Part shown: one piece after another, positions 48,292 to 58,416 of the stretch
Layout: each line of letters starts with the position of its first letter
How positions within the stretch are numbered: the stretch's first letter is position 1
Assembly (NCBI GenBank): GCA_963675525.2
Contig: CAXXSL010000013.1
Location: 640,001-704,000 of the forward strand
DNA length: 64,000 bases
Reading direction: 5' to 3'
Source: Anaerohalosphaeraceae bacterium
GTDB lineage: Bacteria; Planctomycetota; Phycisphaerae; Sedimentisphaerales; Anaerohalosphaeraceae
Position numbers and translations under genes: made by a program
The notes under the pieces: model-generated
Database searches by the model: none
The model's input: the letters and a program-made list of their open reading frames with translations, nothing else
What the model was told of the DNA's origin: nothing

Positions 48292-48674
48292 CTGCATCCA
48301 TTCAGTCGCGTACACCCGGCAATCCCCTGTAAATAAAAAAATGGGGGAAAGTTCAGATTAAGATATGGGTATTAATAACTAAAATTCCTCTTGTTACAGT
48401 TTTTTTTAATTTTTTCTTTTCCCATGCTGTCTTTGAACACTAAAATAATATTTCATCTCTCAGACAGTCATCTTGGCAGCGTATACGAAATTTCGTCGTT
48501 TTAGCAGGGTAAAGAGAAGAATGGACAGGGAGAAAACACTTCTAACGGTTTTTACACACCCTCTCTTCCGCTGTTTACAGATACGGCGCAAATCCATAAA
48601 ACCACTCGTTTTTTCAAACAGAGAGAATTCATTGCTATATAAACAGAATTAACACTTTTTAAGGAGGATCAAAA

Positions 48675-50975
48675 ATGAAGACATTAAAAATGACACTTCT
48701 GACAGGTTTAATCATTGGATGCTGTTGCGGTACGGCCATGGCCGTCTCATGCGGCGGCACACCGGATTGCCCGGTGGCGCCGATGCCTCTTCCCGGTGAT
48801 CTGCCCCCGTCCAGCACGGAGATGAATCCGGGCGGTAATTGGTTCGATACCGGCACCTCACCGACCAATGTCTGTTTTCCGGCCAGCGGCAATATCGCCG
48901 GGGTCAATCAATTGCGGGTCGGCAAGATCACGGAAACACAATTATTCAACAAGCAGCCGGCCATCGAGGTTATCAGTGCCGGACAAGTCTATACGTTTCC
49001 GATGAACGGCGCAACTCTGAATGCCGGTGGCGTTCTGTGTGTTCCCGGAATCGGCGAGGCAGTGGCCATCACGAACACAAAAATCGGTACGGTTGTGGGC
49101 GGAAAACTCACCGAACACGCGCTGCCTGCCGGTTCGACGCCGGTCAGTGCGGTTATCATCGGCAATTGCCTGCGTCGTAACAATCTTGTTGAATTATGCG
49201 TCCAAACGTCGGCTCCGAGTATTGAAGTTGTCGTTTGGAAAAAACGAACGTCTTTCACGATTCCGGCACCCCCGGTGGCAACGCCGGACTCCTTTACCAA
49301 CGGCCCGACTTCGGGCGTTGCTGTTTATACGTCAACGACGGTGTATGTGATTAACGGCGGTAAAATGACCTCCTTTGCTTTGACGACGGGAACCTATGTC
49401 TCGCATGCGCCCGCCGCCAACGGCGTCAATGTTACCACCACCGGCGGGGTTGAGTTTGTCGCCCTGGCGCCGGCGTGTGTGATCGTTCCGTTTGCTCCGT
49501 GTGTGCTTGCGCTGGATTCGTGCGGAGCAGGCATAACCCCATCGGCCATCGCCGTCAATATCGCGCCGTGCCCGAACATTAAAGCCGTTACGTCAACCTG
49601 GCCAGCCCTCGGCGCTGTCTGTAAATCGACCGGTGCACGAAAAGGCGGCTTTTTCGGATGGCGCTTTAAAAAGAGCGCCGCCGGTAATTTCATACCCACC
49701 TTTGGCGACATCGATGCTGAGGTTCAGGCAATGGCTTATACGACAGCGACAGATATCACCGAGTTCGATTCGGATGTCGAGACGATCTGGAACGGGGGCA
49801 TGCCCGGTACACCGGGGTTTCCCAATCCATTGCTGGCCACCGCCATCAACCGCGACGGCGACGATTTAGCCACTGCGATGGCATCGATCGAAACATCTTA
49901 CGATCCCGTTTCGGAAGTTCTCGAGATTGCCGCCTCGGTCAACGGCGGCATTGCTCTGCCACACAATGAGGGACATATCGGGTGGTTTTATGCGTCGGCT
50001 CAGCATCCGGTCGTATTTGAACAGTGGGATGCCGACGATGATGTCGGCACCTACATGAGGTTGAGTGAGGATATTTTTATGCCGATCTCTACAGACACAC
50101 ATTCCAATTCACAGACAACACTTCATTTCAATTCAGCAAGCACGCTGTCCGGCCTGACGGAACTTTATACCGGAACCCTTGTTGCAACCCATAACTACAC
50201 GGACCCGAATCTCAGCGTGACGTTCGAAAGCAATCCCCTGCTGGGACTGGACGATGAGGCGATTGAAGCGACGCTGGCGGCGGCGTTTGTTTATGATACC
50301 AATGAAGGCGGATACCGAGTTCCCGTTGACGCCAATATCCTGGAACTTTTGATCGACGTGCCCGACGGTACGACGACCTTTGAAATATCGATGGATTTTG
50401 ACATTGAAGGGACACATTATGAGTCCGGCTATTTCACCTGTGCCGAATTGCAGGCCGCCGGCGGCTCGCTCAGCGACGACTTTACCGGGCCGGACGATGT
50501 GCCGGACTGCCGGGTGAATCTGTATGATCTTGCGGCGTTTGGCGATTACTGGCTGGACGATTCATGCGGCGATCCCGACTGGTGCGGTGGGACCGATGTG
50601 GACCATAGCGGCGACAACGATCTAACAGATCTGCTGACAGTGTCCGAACAATGGCTGATGGCACCCCCTGTTTTTCCACCCCATATTTGGTTCGAGGCGT
50701 GGGAATGCCCGACCCAGTGCAGCGGCGACGCAGACTGTCTGCAGGAAGGTATCCCGATGACAGGCTTCTATTGGGTAGGCGACCAGGACCTGAGCATTTT
50801 GATCGCGGCGATGGATACGATCATCGGCAATCCAAACTATGACCCACGGGCCGATTTCAATCGAGACGGGTCGGTCAACCAGGACGACTATGATATTTTG
50901 ATCATGTATTACAAGGTTAAAGATCCGCCGCAGGGTCCGGGTATTCCTGACAACTGTGCGGTATTGCCATATTAA
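48675..50975 (+). CDS. Secreted protein with C-terminal dockerin/EF-hand-like repeats
   Basis: AAGGAGG RBS, signal peptide, DCRVNLYDLAAFGDYW, DVDHSGDNDLTDL, ADFNRDGSVNQDDY. Confidence 0.85.
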   Translation: MKTLKMTLLTGLIIGCCCGTAMAVSCGGTPDCPVAPMPLPGDLPPSSTEMNPGGNWFDTGTSPTNVCFPASGNIAGVNQLRVGKITETQLFNKQPAIEVISAGQVYTFPMNGATLNAGGVLCVPGIGEAVAITNTKIGTVVGGKLTEHALPAGSTPVSAVIIGNCLRRNNLVELCVQTSAPSIEVVVWKKRTSFTIPAPPVATPDSFTNGPTSGVAVYTSTTVYVINGGKMTSFALTTGTYVSHAPAANGVNVTTTGGVEFVALAPACVIVPFAPCVLALDSCGAGITPSAIAVNIAPCPNIKAVTSTWPALGAVCKSTGARKGGFFGWRFKKSAAGNFIPTFGDIDAEVQAMAYTTATDITEFDSDVETIWNGGMPGTPGFPNPLLATAINRDGDDLATAMASIETSYDPVSEVLEIAASVNGGIALPHNEGHIGWFYASAQHPVVFEQWDADDDVGTYMRLSEDIFMPISTDTHSNSQTTLHFNSASTLSGLTELYTGTLVATHNYTDPNLSVTFESNPLLGLDDEAIEATLAAAFVYDTNEGGYRVPVDANILELLIDVPDGTTTFEISMDFDIEGTHYESGYFTCAELQAAGGSLSDDFTGPDDVPDCRVNLYDLAAFGDYWLDDSCGDPDWCGGTDVDHSGDNDLTDLLTVSEQWLMAPPVFPPHIWFEAWECPTQCSGDADCLQEGIPMTGFYWVGDQDLSILIAAMDTIIGNPNYDPRADFNRDGSVNQDDYDILIMYYKVKDPPQGPGIPDNCAVLPY

Positions 50976-51035
50976 AAGTGCCCGGCGATTTGTAGGGAAA
51001 CGGCCGGGGCAACATGAGTGTGCCGGCAAGTCGTG

Positions 51036-51208
51036 GGCACCTAACAAAAATGATAAGAAGGATAAGATGGAAAAGAAGTCACCCCCCCACTTCGTTTCCG
51101 CTTTCCTTCGAACAACAGGACATCCACTGCGCCCGGGCCGCCAATGCCGAAGCCATGGCCGCGTTTATGAATGATGCCGCTGAATCGGACGAACAATTGT
51201 GATTGCAT
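51036..51208 (+). pseudogene. 3' remnant of the replication-protein gene
   Basis: PNKNDKKDKMEKK / PPTSFPLSFEQQDIHCARAANAEAMAAFM matches 48125-48297. Confidence 0.93.
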
Positions 51209-51237
51209 GAAGGTGAAGGCTTGTTTACAATGATCTT

Positions 51238-51822
51238 ATGATGATGAGGCGCTTTTATACTATTGCTGTCTGTCTGGTACTGGATATCATTTTGTCGATG
51301 GTCTTCGTAGCGGCGTTTTTGACCCGGCACGATGAAGTGACTCTGGGGGTCGGGGCGGTGCTTGCGATCCTGTATCTTGTTGAAATTATTATGATGTGTT
51401 TCTTCTGGCACGCCGCCTGGCGGACCATCCAGGACGGCAACGCCCGCACAACACCCGGCAAAGCGATCGGGTTGATGTTCATCCCGCTGTTCAACCTCTA
51501 CTGGGCGTTTGTCCTGATCGCCGGCTTCGCCAAAGATTACAACGCCTTTTGCCGTCGGCATGGGATTGGCAACCCGCCGCACCGTCTGCGCGGATGGTAT
51601 TACCTGACGGTCGTGATCATGTGGGTCGTTTTGGTGTTCCTCCGATACGTCCCGCTCATCGGCCGCATTTATGTCCTGCTTTACCTCCGGTACAACCCAA
51701 CCATCAGCGTCTCTTACGGCATGGTTTTTTCACTTGCGATGCTTGTATTGCTGTACAAAACCGCCCGCGCCGTGATGGCGGTTCAGGAGTTTAACGCGAC
51801 AGCGCCCCGGTCATCCCGATAA
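51238..51822 (+). CDS. Membrane protein of unknown function
   Basis: About 5 TM helices; AWRTIQDGNARTTPGKAIGLMFIPLFNLYW. Confidence 0.75.
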   Translation: MMMRRFYTIAVCLVLDIILSMVFVAAFLTRHDEVTLGVGAVLAILYLVEIIMMCFFWHAAWRTIQDGNARTTPGKAIGLMFIPLFNLYWAFVLIAGFAKDYNAFCRRHGIGNPPHRLRGWYYLTVVIMWVVLVFLRYVPLIGRIYVLLYLRYNPTISVSYGMVFSLAMLVLLYKTARAVMAVQEFNATAPRSSR

Positions 51823-52044
51823 ACAGAATGTCTCATCGGCCAACGGGGTCCCTCCGAAAACATCGAATGTTCAAGATGAATTTAGGGAAAATATCGGCAT
51901 AGAAATGACTGAATGATGTTTTGCATCTGTTTAAACGGAAAATTTCAGTCAAAAATAATTCCTGTTGTAACCCTCAGGCCGCGTAGTATAATAATGATCA
52001 GGTAGAGGGCATCCCTACAGAGGTGCCGTAACGCTCCAGTCTTC

Positions 52045-53910
52045 ATGTACAGAAAACCGCCCTATCGCAGGAGGCACACAGTGAGCAAGGCAGGCAAACG
52101 CATTTCGTTTAACGTAACGCGATATGCCGTGGTACTATCAATGATATGGACCCTTGTTATCATCGGCTTTATCACCTGGATCGTAATTTACGAGACGGAA
52201 CATGCCCGACAGCTTGCCCGCAATGATGCCGGCGCAGACTTTACTGTCGCACGAGCGGAGATCGTCCTGCAATCAACAATTATGGTGCTGGTATGGCTTT
52301 TTGGGATTGCAGGGGTGGCTTTTTTCACACGCTGCGTCCGCAGATATCAGCGGGAGCATGCTGGAACTGAGCAGGCCCTTGAAAAAGAGCGTCAACGCTT
52401 CTTTGCCCTGCTTGAGACTCTGCCGGCTTATGTCTATCTGCAGGCCCCGGATCATTCCATCCGGTTCGCAAACCGTTACTACAGGCAGCTGTTTGGTGAT
52501 ACGGAGGGGGTGCCTTGTTATAAAAGCCTTTGGGATCGGGATGAGCCATGCGAAACATGCCCAACGTTCACGATTTTCGAGACCCACGAGCCGAAGAGGT
52601 GGGAATGGTCTCAGGCATCGAATGGACGATGTTACGAGATTTACGATTACCCGTTCACGGATATCGACGGGTCGATGCTGGTGCTGGTCATGGGCATTGA
52701 CATCACCGAACGCAAACAGGCCGAGTTTGAACGTGAAGAGCTTTTAAAGACGCTGGAATCAAAGAACAAGGAACTGAATCAAGAGAAGCTGTTTTCCGAA
52801 GATATTATCAACAGTCTTCCCGGAATATTCTATATGTTTGATGAAAAACGCCTTGTTCAATGGAATCGTCTCTTCGAGACGGTCACCGGATACCCGCCCC
52901 GGGAACTTTCTAGAATGTCCGGCCCTGATTTCTTTGAAGGGGATGATAAGGTTTTAATAGCAGAAAGAATGCAGAAGGTTTTTGTCGATGGCCAGTCAGA
53001 TGCCGAGGCTGAATTGGTAACAAAATCAGGGAACCGGATCCCGCACTACTTTACCGGACGCCTTTGCCGAATAGCAAACACAAATTATCTCGTTGGACTG
53101 GGTATTGATATTACCGCAAGAAAAATTGCGGAGAAGGATCGTGAGCAGCTTTTAAAGACGCTTGAGTCGAAGAACAAGGAGTTGCAGAGTATCGTCTATG
53201 TCGCTTCACACGACCTGAAGAGCCCGCTTATTAATATCAAGGGCTTTAGCGGAATGCTTGAGGAAAGCTGTAACAATCTCTCAACAATCGTCAACGATGC
53301 TAAAAGCATGCGTGACGAGCAGAACGCCAAAGAGCTTGGCCGGATCACCCGCGAAGATATACCGGAATACCTGAAATACATCCAGGCGGGTGCCCTTAAG
53401 ATGTCGAAACTTCTTGACGGTCTGCTGCAGGTCTCTCGTGTAGGGAACACGGAGATCTTTACAGAACCGCTTAACATGAACAAGATCATCAATGATATTC
53501 AAGAGGCGATCGAGTTTCAGCTTAAAAAGACAGGAGCTCCGGTCGTGGTCGATGACCTGCCGAGGTGTATTGGGGATGAGGCGATGGTTAACCAGATCTT
53601 TTCGAATCTTATCGACAACGCTCTAAAATACCTCAACCCGGACCGGCCCGGCAGGATACATGTCTACGGATGGACCGATGACGGCATGAGCACTTATTGC
53701 GTTGAAGATAACGGCATCGGTATTGCCGAGAACAATATGAACTACATCTTTGAGATATTCCACCGGCTCGACCCCGACGACGGCATCGGCGGCGAGGGAC
53801 TGGGGCTCAGCATCGTGATGCGTTCACTGGACAGGCTCGACGGAAGCATCCGCATCGAATCCAAACTCGGCAAGGGAAGTAAATTTTTCGTGACACTGCC
53901 GGGATGTTAA
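52045..53910 (+). CDS. PAS-domain sensor histidine kinase (start may be GTG 52081)
   Basis: 2 TM, 2 PAS, SHDLKSPL, NLIDNALKY, DNGIGI, GEGLGL. Confidence 0.93.
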   Translation: MYRKPPYRRRHTVSKAGKRISFNVTRYAVVLSMIWTLVIIGFITWIVIYETEHARQLARNDAGADFTVARAEIVLQSTIMVLVWLFGIAGVAFFTRCVRRYQREHAGTEQALEKERQRFFALLETLPAYVYLQAPDHSIRFANRYYRQLFGDTEGVPCYKSLWDRDEPCETCPTFTIFETHEPKRWEWSQASNGRCYEIYDYPFTDIDGSMLVLVMGIDITERKQAEFEREELLKTLESKNKELNQEKLFSEDIINSLPGIFYMFDEKRLVQWNRLFETVTGYPPRELSRMSGPDFFEGDDKVLIAERMQKVFVDGQSDAEAELVTKSGNRIPHYFTGRLCRIANTNYLVGLGIDITARKIAEKDREQLLKTLESKNKELQSIVYVASHDLKSPLINIKGFSGMLEESCNNLSTIVNDAKSMRDEQNAKELGRITREDIPEYLKYIQAGALKMSKLLDGLLQVSRVGNTEIFTEPLNMNKIINDIQEAIEFQLKKTGAPVVVDDLPRCIGDEAMVNQIFSNLIDNALKYLNPDRPGRIHVYGWTDDGMSTYCVEDNGIGIAENNMNYIFEIFHRLDPDDGIGGEGLGLSIVMRSLDRLDGSIRIESKLGKGSKFFVTLPGC

Positions 53911-53990
53911 AGATATTCCCTTTTCGAACTCCACGTACTTTATTATCAGTAATGAGTTTTTGTCTGGTGCAGAAAAAGCCCTGGCCTCGC

Positions 53991-54368
53991 TTATCCGGCC
54001 ATCATGCCGATGATGACCAACCCGATCGTCCCGAAAACAGCCGTCGCCGAGAAGATCACCCCTAAGACGGCAAACACCTTCTTGCGGTGTTTCTGGAATA
54101 GCCCGGCGATGCCCAGTCCGAAGGCAACCATGTCAAACATGATCAGTCCGATGATGCCCATCCCGAGAATAATGGCCGCGGGCGATTCTTCATCGATGCC
54201 GCCGGGCGAAGCGGTTTCCATAATGCCGGCAATGATGATCATGAGAAAGATGAGAATTCCCACAAAAATGCTGACCGCAAAAGAAGCGATACCGAGGCCC
54301 GAATGTTTCATCGTAACAGATATCGGCACCGGTGGAACTGAATAATACGCAACAGGTTCATTGTCCAT
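53991..54368 (-). CDS. Small membrane protein
   Basis: KHSGLGIASF, three TM helices, LGIAGLFQKHRKKVFAVLG; AGGAG RBS. Confidence 0.8.
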   Translation of the reverse strand: MDNEPVAYYSVPPVPISVTMKHSGLGIASFAVSIFVGILIFLMIIIAGIMETASPGGIDEESPAAIILGMGIIGLIMFDMVAFGLGIAGLFQKHRKKVFAVLGVIFSATAVFGTIGLVIIGMMAG

Positions 54369-54460
54369 GTCAACTGGCTCCTAATGGGATTATTGACGAA
54401 CCTCTCTTCATGCAGCAAATATAGCCTGTGTTTCAGTATAATACAACGATAATTTTCAGA

Positions 54461-54509
54461 AAGGAGCCTGTGAATGTTATCCAAAGAAGCGTTCATGTAA
54501 TGCTTTCAA
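54461..54509 (+). pseudogene. 5' remnant of the 58417 gene
   Basis: AAGGAG then MLSKEAFM*CFQ, versus MLTKEAFMQWFQ; 31/36 nt identical. Confidence 0.85.
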
Positions 54510-54572
54510 AGCAGTCTTTTTATTCAGCAACAACTTAGAAGCGGACACATTGTATGCCTGCCGGTCGACATT

Positions 54573-56426
54573 TTATTTGGGGATGCAGGCGGGATTGTCC
54601 GGCTCGTCCCAGCAGTCAATCAGCCAGTTGGACGCCATCATTGCAATATCCTGCAAATTCACCCGGCAGTCATCGTTTAGGTCCCCGGTAACATTAAACC
54701 CGCAGACCTTTATCATCGCAATGCTATAATTGCCCATCCCACTGATGGCCGTATAGTCGTTGCCAGGCGGTGCGATTGCCTGGCCGTAGACCGAGGCCGA
54801 ACCTCCCCCTCCCCATGCAATGATTGAGCCGTCGCTTTTCAGCGCCAAACTGTGCCAATCTCCGGCCGCAATCGCAGTACAATCATTGGCATCCGGCGGC
54901 ACGGTCGCCTTGCCGTATTCATCATTGCCCCAGGCAACGACCTGTCCGTTGCTTTTCAATGCAAGGTTGTGATCGCCGCCTGCAGCAATCGCAATAAAAT
55001 CGTTTCCGGCAGGCGTGTCTGTGACCTGTCCCTCATCATAAGAACTGCCGTCGCTGACGCCCCAGGCAACAAGCGAGCCGTCATGTTTCAGTGCAAGGCT
55101 GTGATAGGATCCGGCATCAATGGCTGCAAAATCGTTTCCGTCAGGGGTCTCCGTGACCTGGCCTCTGTCAACATTACTGCCGTCGCTGGCACCCCAGGCA
55201 ACGAGCGAGCCGTCATGTTTCAGTGCAAGGCTGTGATAACCACCGGCCGCGATGGCAATGCAGTCATTGGCATCGGACGGAACCGTCGACTCACCGACGA
55301 TATCCCAGCCCCAAGCAACAACCGAGCCGTCACTTGCCAGCGCAAGATTGTGAGTCCAGCCGGTATCAATCGCGGTATAGCCGTTGTCTGTGGGTGTGTC
55401 CCTGACCTGCCCGTGATCCATGGCTGTATGATTGTTTATCCCCCAGGCGACAATGGTGCCGTCCGGTTTCAAAGCCAGTGTATACAAACCGCCGGCCGAG
55501 ATGGCGGTATAGTCGGTGCCCTGCGGCGAGGTCGCCTGGCCGGAAGTGTCATATCCCCAGCCGACAACAACGCCGTCGCTTCGCAGTGCAAGGCTGTGAT
55601 TGTCGCCGGTGCCAATGGCGACGTAGTCGGCTCCCGTGGGGGCACCGCTTATCTGACCGTAAAAATCCGTTCCCCAGGCAACCACGCTGCCGTCATCTTT
55701 CAGAGCAAGGTTGTGAAAGTTGCCGGCGGCAATCGCGATATAGTCGCTGCCTGCGGGAACATTTATCTGACCGTCACTATTGCTTCCCCAGCCGACGATT
55801 GAACCGTTGCTCCTGAGTGCAAGACCGTGATTGGCACCGGCGGAAATGGCAATATAGTCGGTTCCGGCGGGGATGTCGCTGATTTGACCATAATCATCGG
55901 ATCCCCAGCCGATAATCGATCCCCCGCTTTTGAGGGCAAAACTGAGGTGTTGACCGGCGGAAATCGCAATGCAGTCATTGGCGTCAGCCGGAACAATCGT
56001 CTCGCCTTGAAAATCGTCTCCCCAGGAAATAACCTGACCGTTGCTTTTCAATGCAAGAGCATGATATCTTCCGGCGGCGATAGCTATATAGTCGTTACCC
56101 GCAGGTGTCATTGTCTGCTCTTCGCCATCGCCCCAGCCGACAATCGACCCGTCACTTTTCAGCGCAAGGCCATAGCTATCGCAGGCATCGATGGCAATAC
56201 ACTCATCGTCAGGGAATCTGGGATCATGATAATCACGCCCCCATTGAATGACGCGGCCGTCGTTTGTCAGGGCAAGACTTTGATATCGGTCGGCGGCAAG
56301 TGTGCTGATATTGGTAAGGTCCGGGCCGGGGACGGTGCGGTCTCCCCAGCTGTACAGTCTGTCAGCAAAAACACAGCCTGAAAGGACTATCCCAACGGCC
56401 ATGCAGAATACGAATTGCCTTTTCAT
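54573..56426 (-). CDS. Secreted RCC1/BLIP-II repeat protein with dockerin-like tail
   Basis: About 14 repeats of IAIAAGxxHSLALKxDGSxVAWG; GDLNDDCRVNLQDIAMMASNW. Confidence 0.92.
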   Translation of the reverse strand: MKRQFVFCMAVGIVLSGCVFADRLYSWGDRTVPGPDLTNISTLAADRYQSLALTNDGRVIQWGRDYHDPRFPDDECIAIDACDSYGLALKSDGSIVGWGDGEEQTMTPAGNDYIAIAAGRYHALALKSNGQVISWGDDFQGETIVPADANDCIAISAGQHLSFALKSGGSIIGWGSDDYGQISDIPAGTDYIAISAGANHGLALRSNGSIVGWGSNSDGQINVPAGSDYIAIAAGNFHNLALKDDGSVVAWGTDFYGQISGAPTGADYVAIGTGDNHSLALRSDGVVVGWGYDTSGQATSPQGTDYTAISAGGLYTLALKPDGTIVAWGINNHTAMDHGQVRDTPTDNGYTAIDTGWTHNLALASDGSVVAWGWDIVGESTVPSDANDCIAIAAGGYHSLALKHDGSLVAWGASDGSNVDRGQVTETPDGNDFAAIDAGSYHSLALKHDGSLVAWGVSDGSSYDEGQVTDTPAGNDFIAIAAGGDHNLALKSNGQVVAWGNDEYGKATVPPDANDCTAIAAGDWHSLALKSDGSIIAWGGGGSASVYGQAIAPPGNDYTAISGMGNYSIAMIKVCGFNVTGDLNDDCRVNLQDIAMMASNWLIDCWDEPDNPACIPK

Positions 56427-56597
56427 GTCTGCTCTCCTTCACGCTGTCTCAAACTGAGAGATTCCAATAAGCATGATTTCCTCCGTATCACGCCCGCAAT
56501 TATACAAAATTGGCCCCGAACTTTCAAGGTTTTTTTTAGCCATTCGGCCCATTAGCCATTTGCGTTTTTCCATCGTTTCTGCAAGCGAAACGCCCCG

Positions 56598-58163
56598 CTA
56601 CTCAATTGTGACCAGGTCGATCCAGGCGCAGTCGCTGCCGGTAGACACCGAGAGATCTTTTTCGTAGGACCACCTGAAGGTATGCACGCCGGAGGCCACC
56701 GGGAATGACACCTGTGACCAGCTAACGGTACCGGACCATTGACTCTGTTGGGCACCATCGATATAAAAACGCAGATAATCAAAACTGCTCTCGCTGGAAA
56801 CGCTTCGATAGAACGAAATGGTCCCCGCCTCGGCAATATTGATCTCAACATCCAGCCGGCTTACCTCATTGTGTGTGATGGGTCCGGATCGGGCCGAATG
56901 GCTCCCCTCGTAAGACACACCGGACACCACCTGCCAAGGGGCGCTGCCGGAATGTTGCCAGTCATAGAGGGAAAAATCCCCGGTCTCGAAGGTTTCTTCG
57001 AATCCGCCAACACAACCATCCATCCAATGCTCACTAAACACCAGCAGGTCGTTGGCGTCAACCTGGTTATTGCAAGGCAACGAAATGTCGCAAGCGGTAT
57101 TCCATCCCGGCTGGCCGGATTGCGTATCCCACGCGGATGCAAAGATGGAAAAGTCGGTCAAATTCACCAGCCCGTCAAGGTTCAGGTCCGGTGATCTTTC
57201 AACCCCCCAGATCTCCCATGTCACATCCGACGTATAATAGGTCGTGCCGGGTGTAGAGTGGTCAATGATGATGTTATCCACTTTTAAGACAAAGTCGGTA
57301 ATGACACAGCCGTAGAGGTCCGGGTAGCCGTCAGCGATCCCGGCGGATTTGACAAGCGTATCGCTTTCGACATTGCCCTCAACAGAAAACTCCGCGAGGA
57401 CCTTCAACGTCTGATCGATCCCATTGGTCAGATAGTCCACCGCTTCGGGAAAGTCGTCCGCACTGAGGTTTAGAAACGATCCCTTATCCCACTCGGTCAC
57501 GTTGAAAAAGCTCGGACCGAACAAATCCCAATAGCCGCCCATCCGCATTTGAAACTCCATGCTGTAATAATCATCCCCGCCGATGCCCATCCATGTATCA
57601 TGCCGGATCGATGCGATCAACCGTGCATCCGGTCGCTGTTCGGCTTCGATGCGGACCTTCAAATGATTGTAGCTGGACGTGTTCTGTCTCAAGTTCGACC
57701 AGCGGTAGTCGGGTGAAGTGCCGATCGTCGGACCCGAACACAATGGGAAATATCCGTCCCCTGCCTGCATGACGGAAAAAATGAACGTCTCCGGCACCCT
57801 GACATACGGCACCTCAAACGTGATGGCCTGCTCACCGCCGACCATGACCACATTGGTCATCGGCGGACTTTGCCAGATAACTTTGCCGGGGTAATCACCC
57901 GGAGCACTGGGCGCAAAGAACCGCAGGACATAATCATTCGTCTGGCCGGCACTGGAACTGCCGATGCCGACATTGATCGTAACGCTTGTCACAAAACGCC
58001 TGTCGCCGGCAAGCGTAACGGTGTTTCCAATATCGCGAATGAAAGCCCCGCTTCCTGTCGTTGACGAAAGACTGTCATAGACGACCTGTGCACAAGCCGA
58101 GCTTGTGGCGATGATACAAACAACAACCAACAGAGTACGGGAATGCTTGCTGATAATACCCAT
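56598..58163 (-). CDS. Secreted multidomain protein with internal dockerin-like motifs and C-terminal jelly-roll-like domain
   Basis: AGGAGG RBS, signal peptide, DLNLDGLVNLTDFSIFASAW, VSSESSFDYLRFYIDG...WSYEKD...WID. Confidence 0.85.
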   Translation of the reverse strand: MGIISKHSRTLLVVVCIIATSSACAQVVYDSLSSTTGSGAFIRDIGNTVTLAGDRRFVTSVTINVGIGSSSAGQTNDYVLRFFAPSAPGDYPGKVIWQSPPMTNVVMVGGEQAITFEVPYVRVPETFIFSVMQAGDGYFPLCSGPTIGTSPDYRWSNLRQNTSSYNHLKVRIEAEQRPDARLIASIRHDTWMGIGGDDYYSMEFQMRMGGYWDLFGPSFFNVTEWDKGSFLNLSADDFPEAVDYLTNGIDQTLKVLAEFSVEGNVESDTLVKSAGIADGYPDLYGCVITDFVLKVDNIIIDHSTPGTTYYTSDVTWEIWGVERSPDLNLDGLVNLTDFSIFASAWDTQSGQPGWNTACDISLPCNNQVDANDLLVFSEHWMDGCVGGFEETFETGDFSLYDWQHSGSAPWQVVSGVSYEGSHSARSGPITHNEVSRLDVEINIAEAGTISFYRSVSSESSFDYLRFYIDGAQQSQWSGTVSWSQVSFPVASGVHTFRWSYEKDLSVSTGSDCAWIDLVTIE

Positions 58164-58416
58164 GAGTATACCCTCCTGTAACAATATTTGAGCCTCCTGT
58201 TTAAACCGGACCGTTTTGCTGTGAAAAATATCGAGGAAATTAACACGCAGCACAAACCTTCCGGCTTTCTACAACCTTACATGTTTGTCCCATTAATCAT
58301 ATCAAAACAGACAGAAAAAACAAGTTAAATCTTATCAGAAAACGAAAAAAGCCTCAGCCGCACCCTGCCCGTGACAGAGGCGGTTAAACATTCATTATTA
58401 GGAAGGAGCTTGATCG

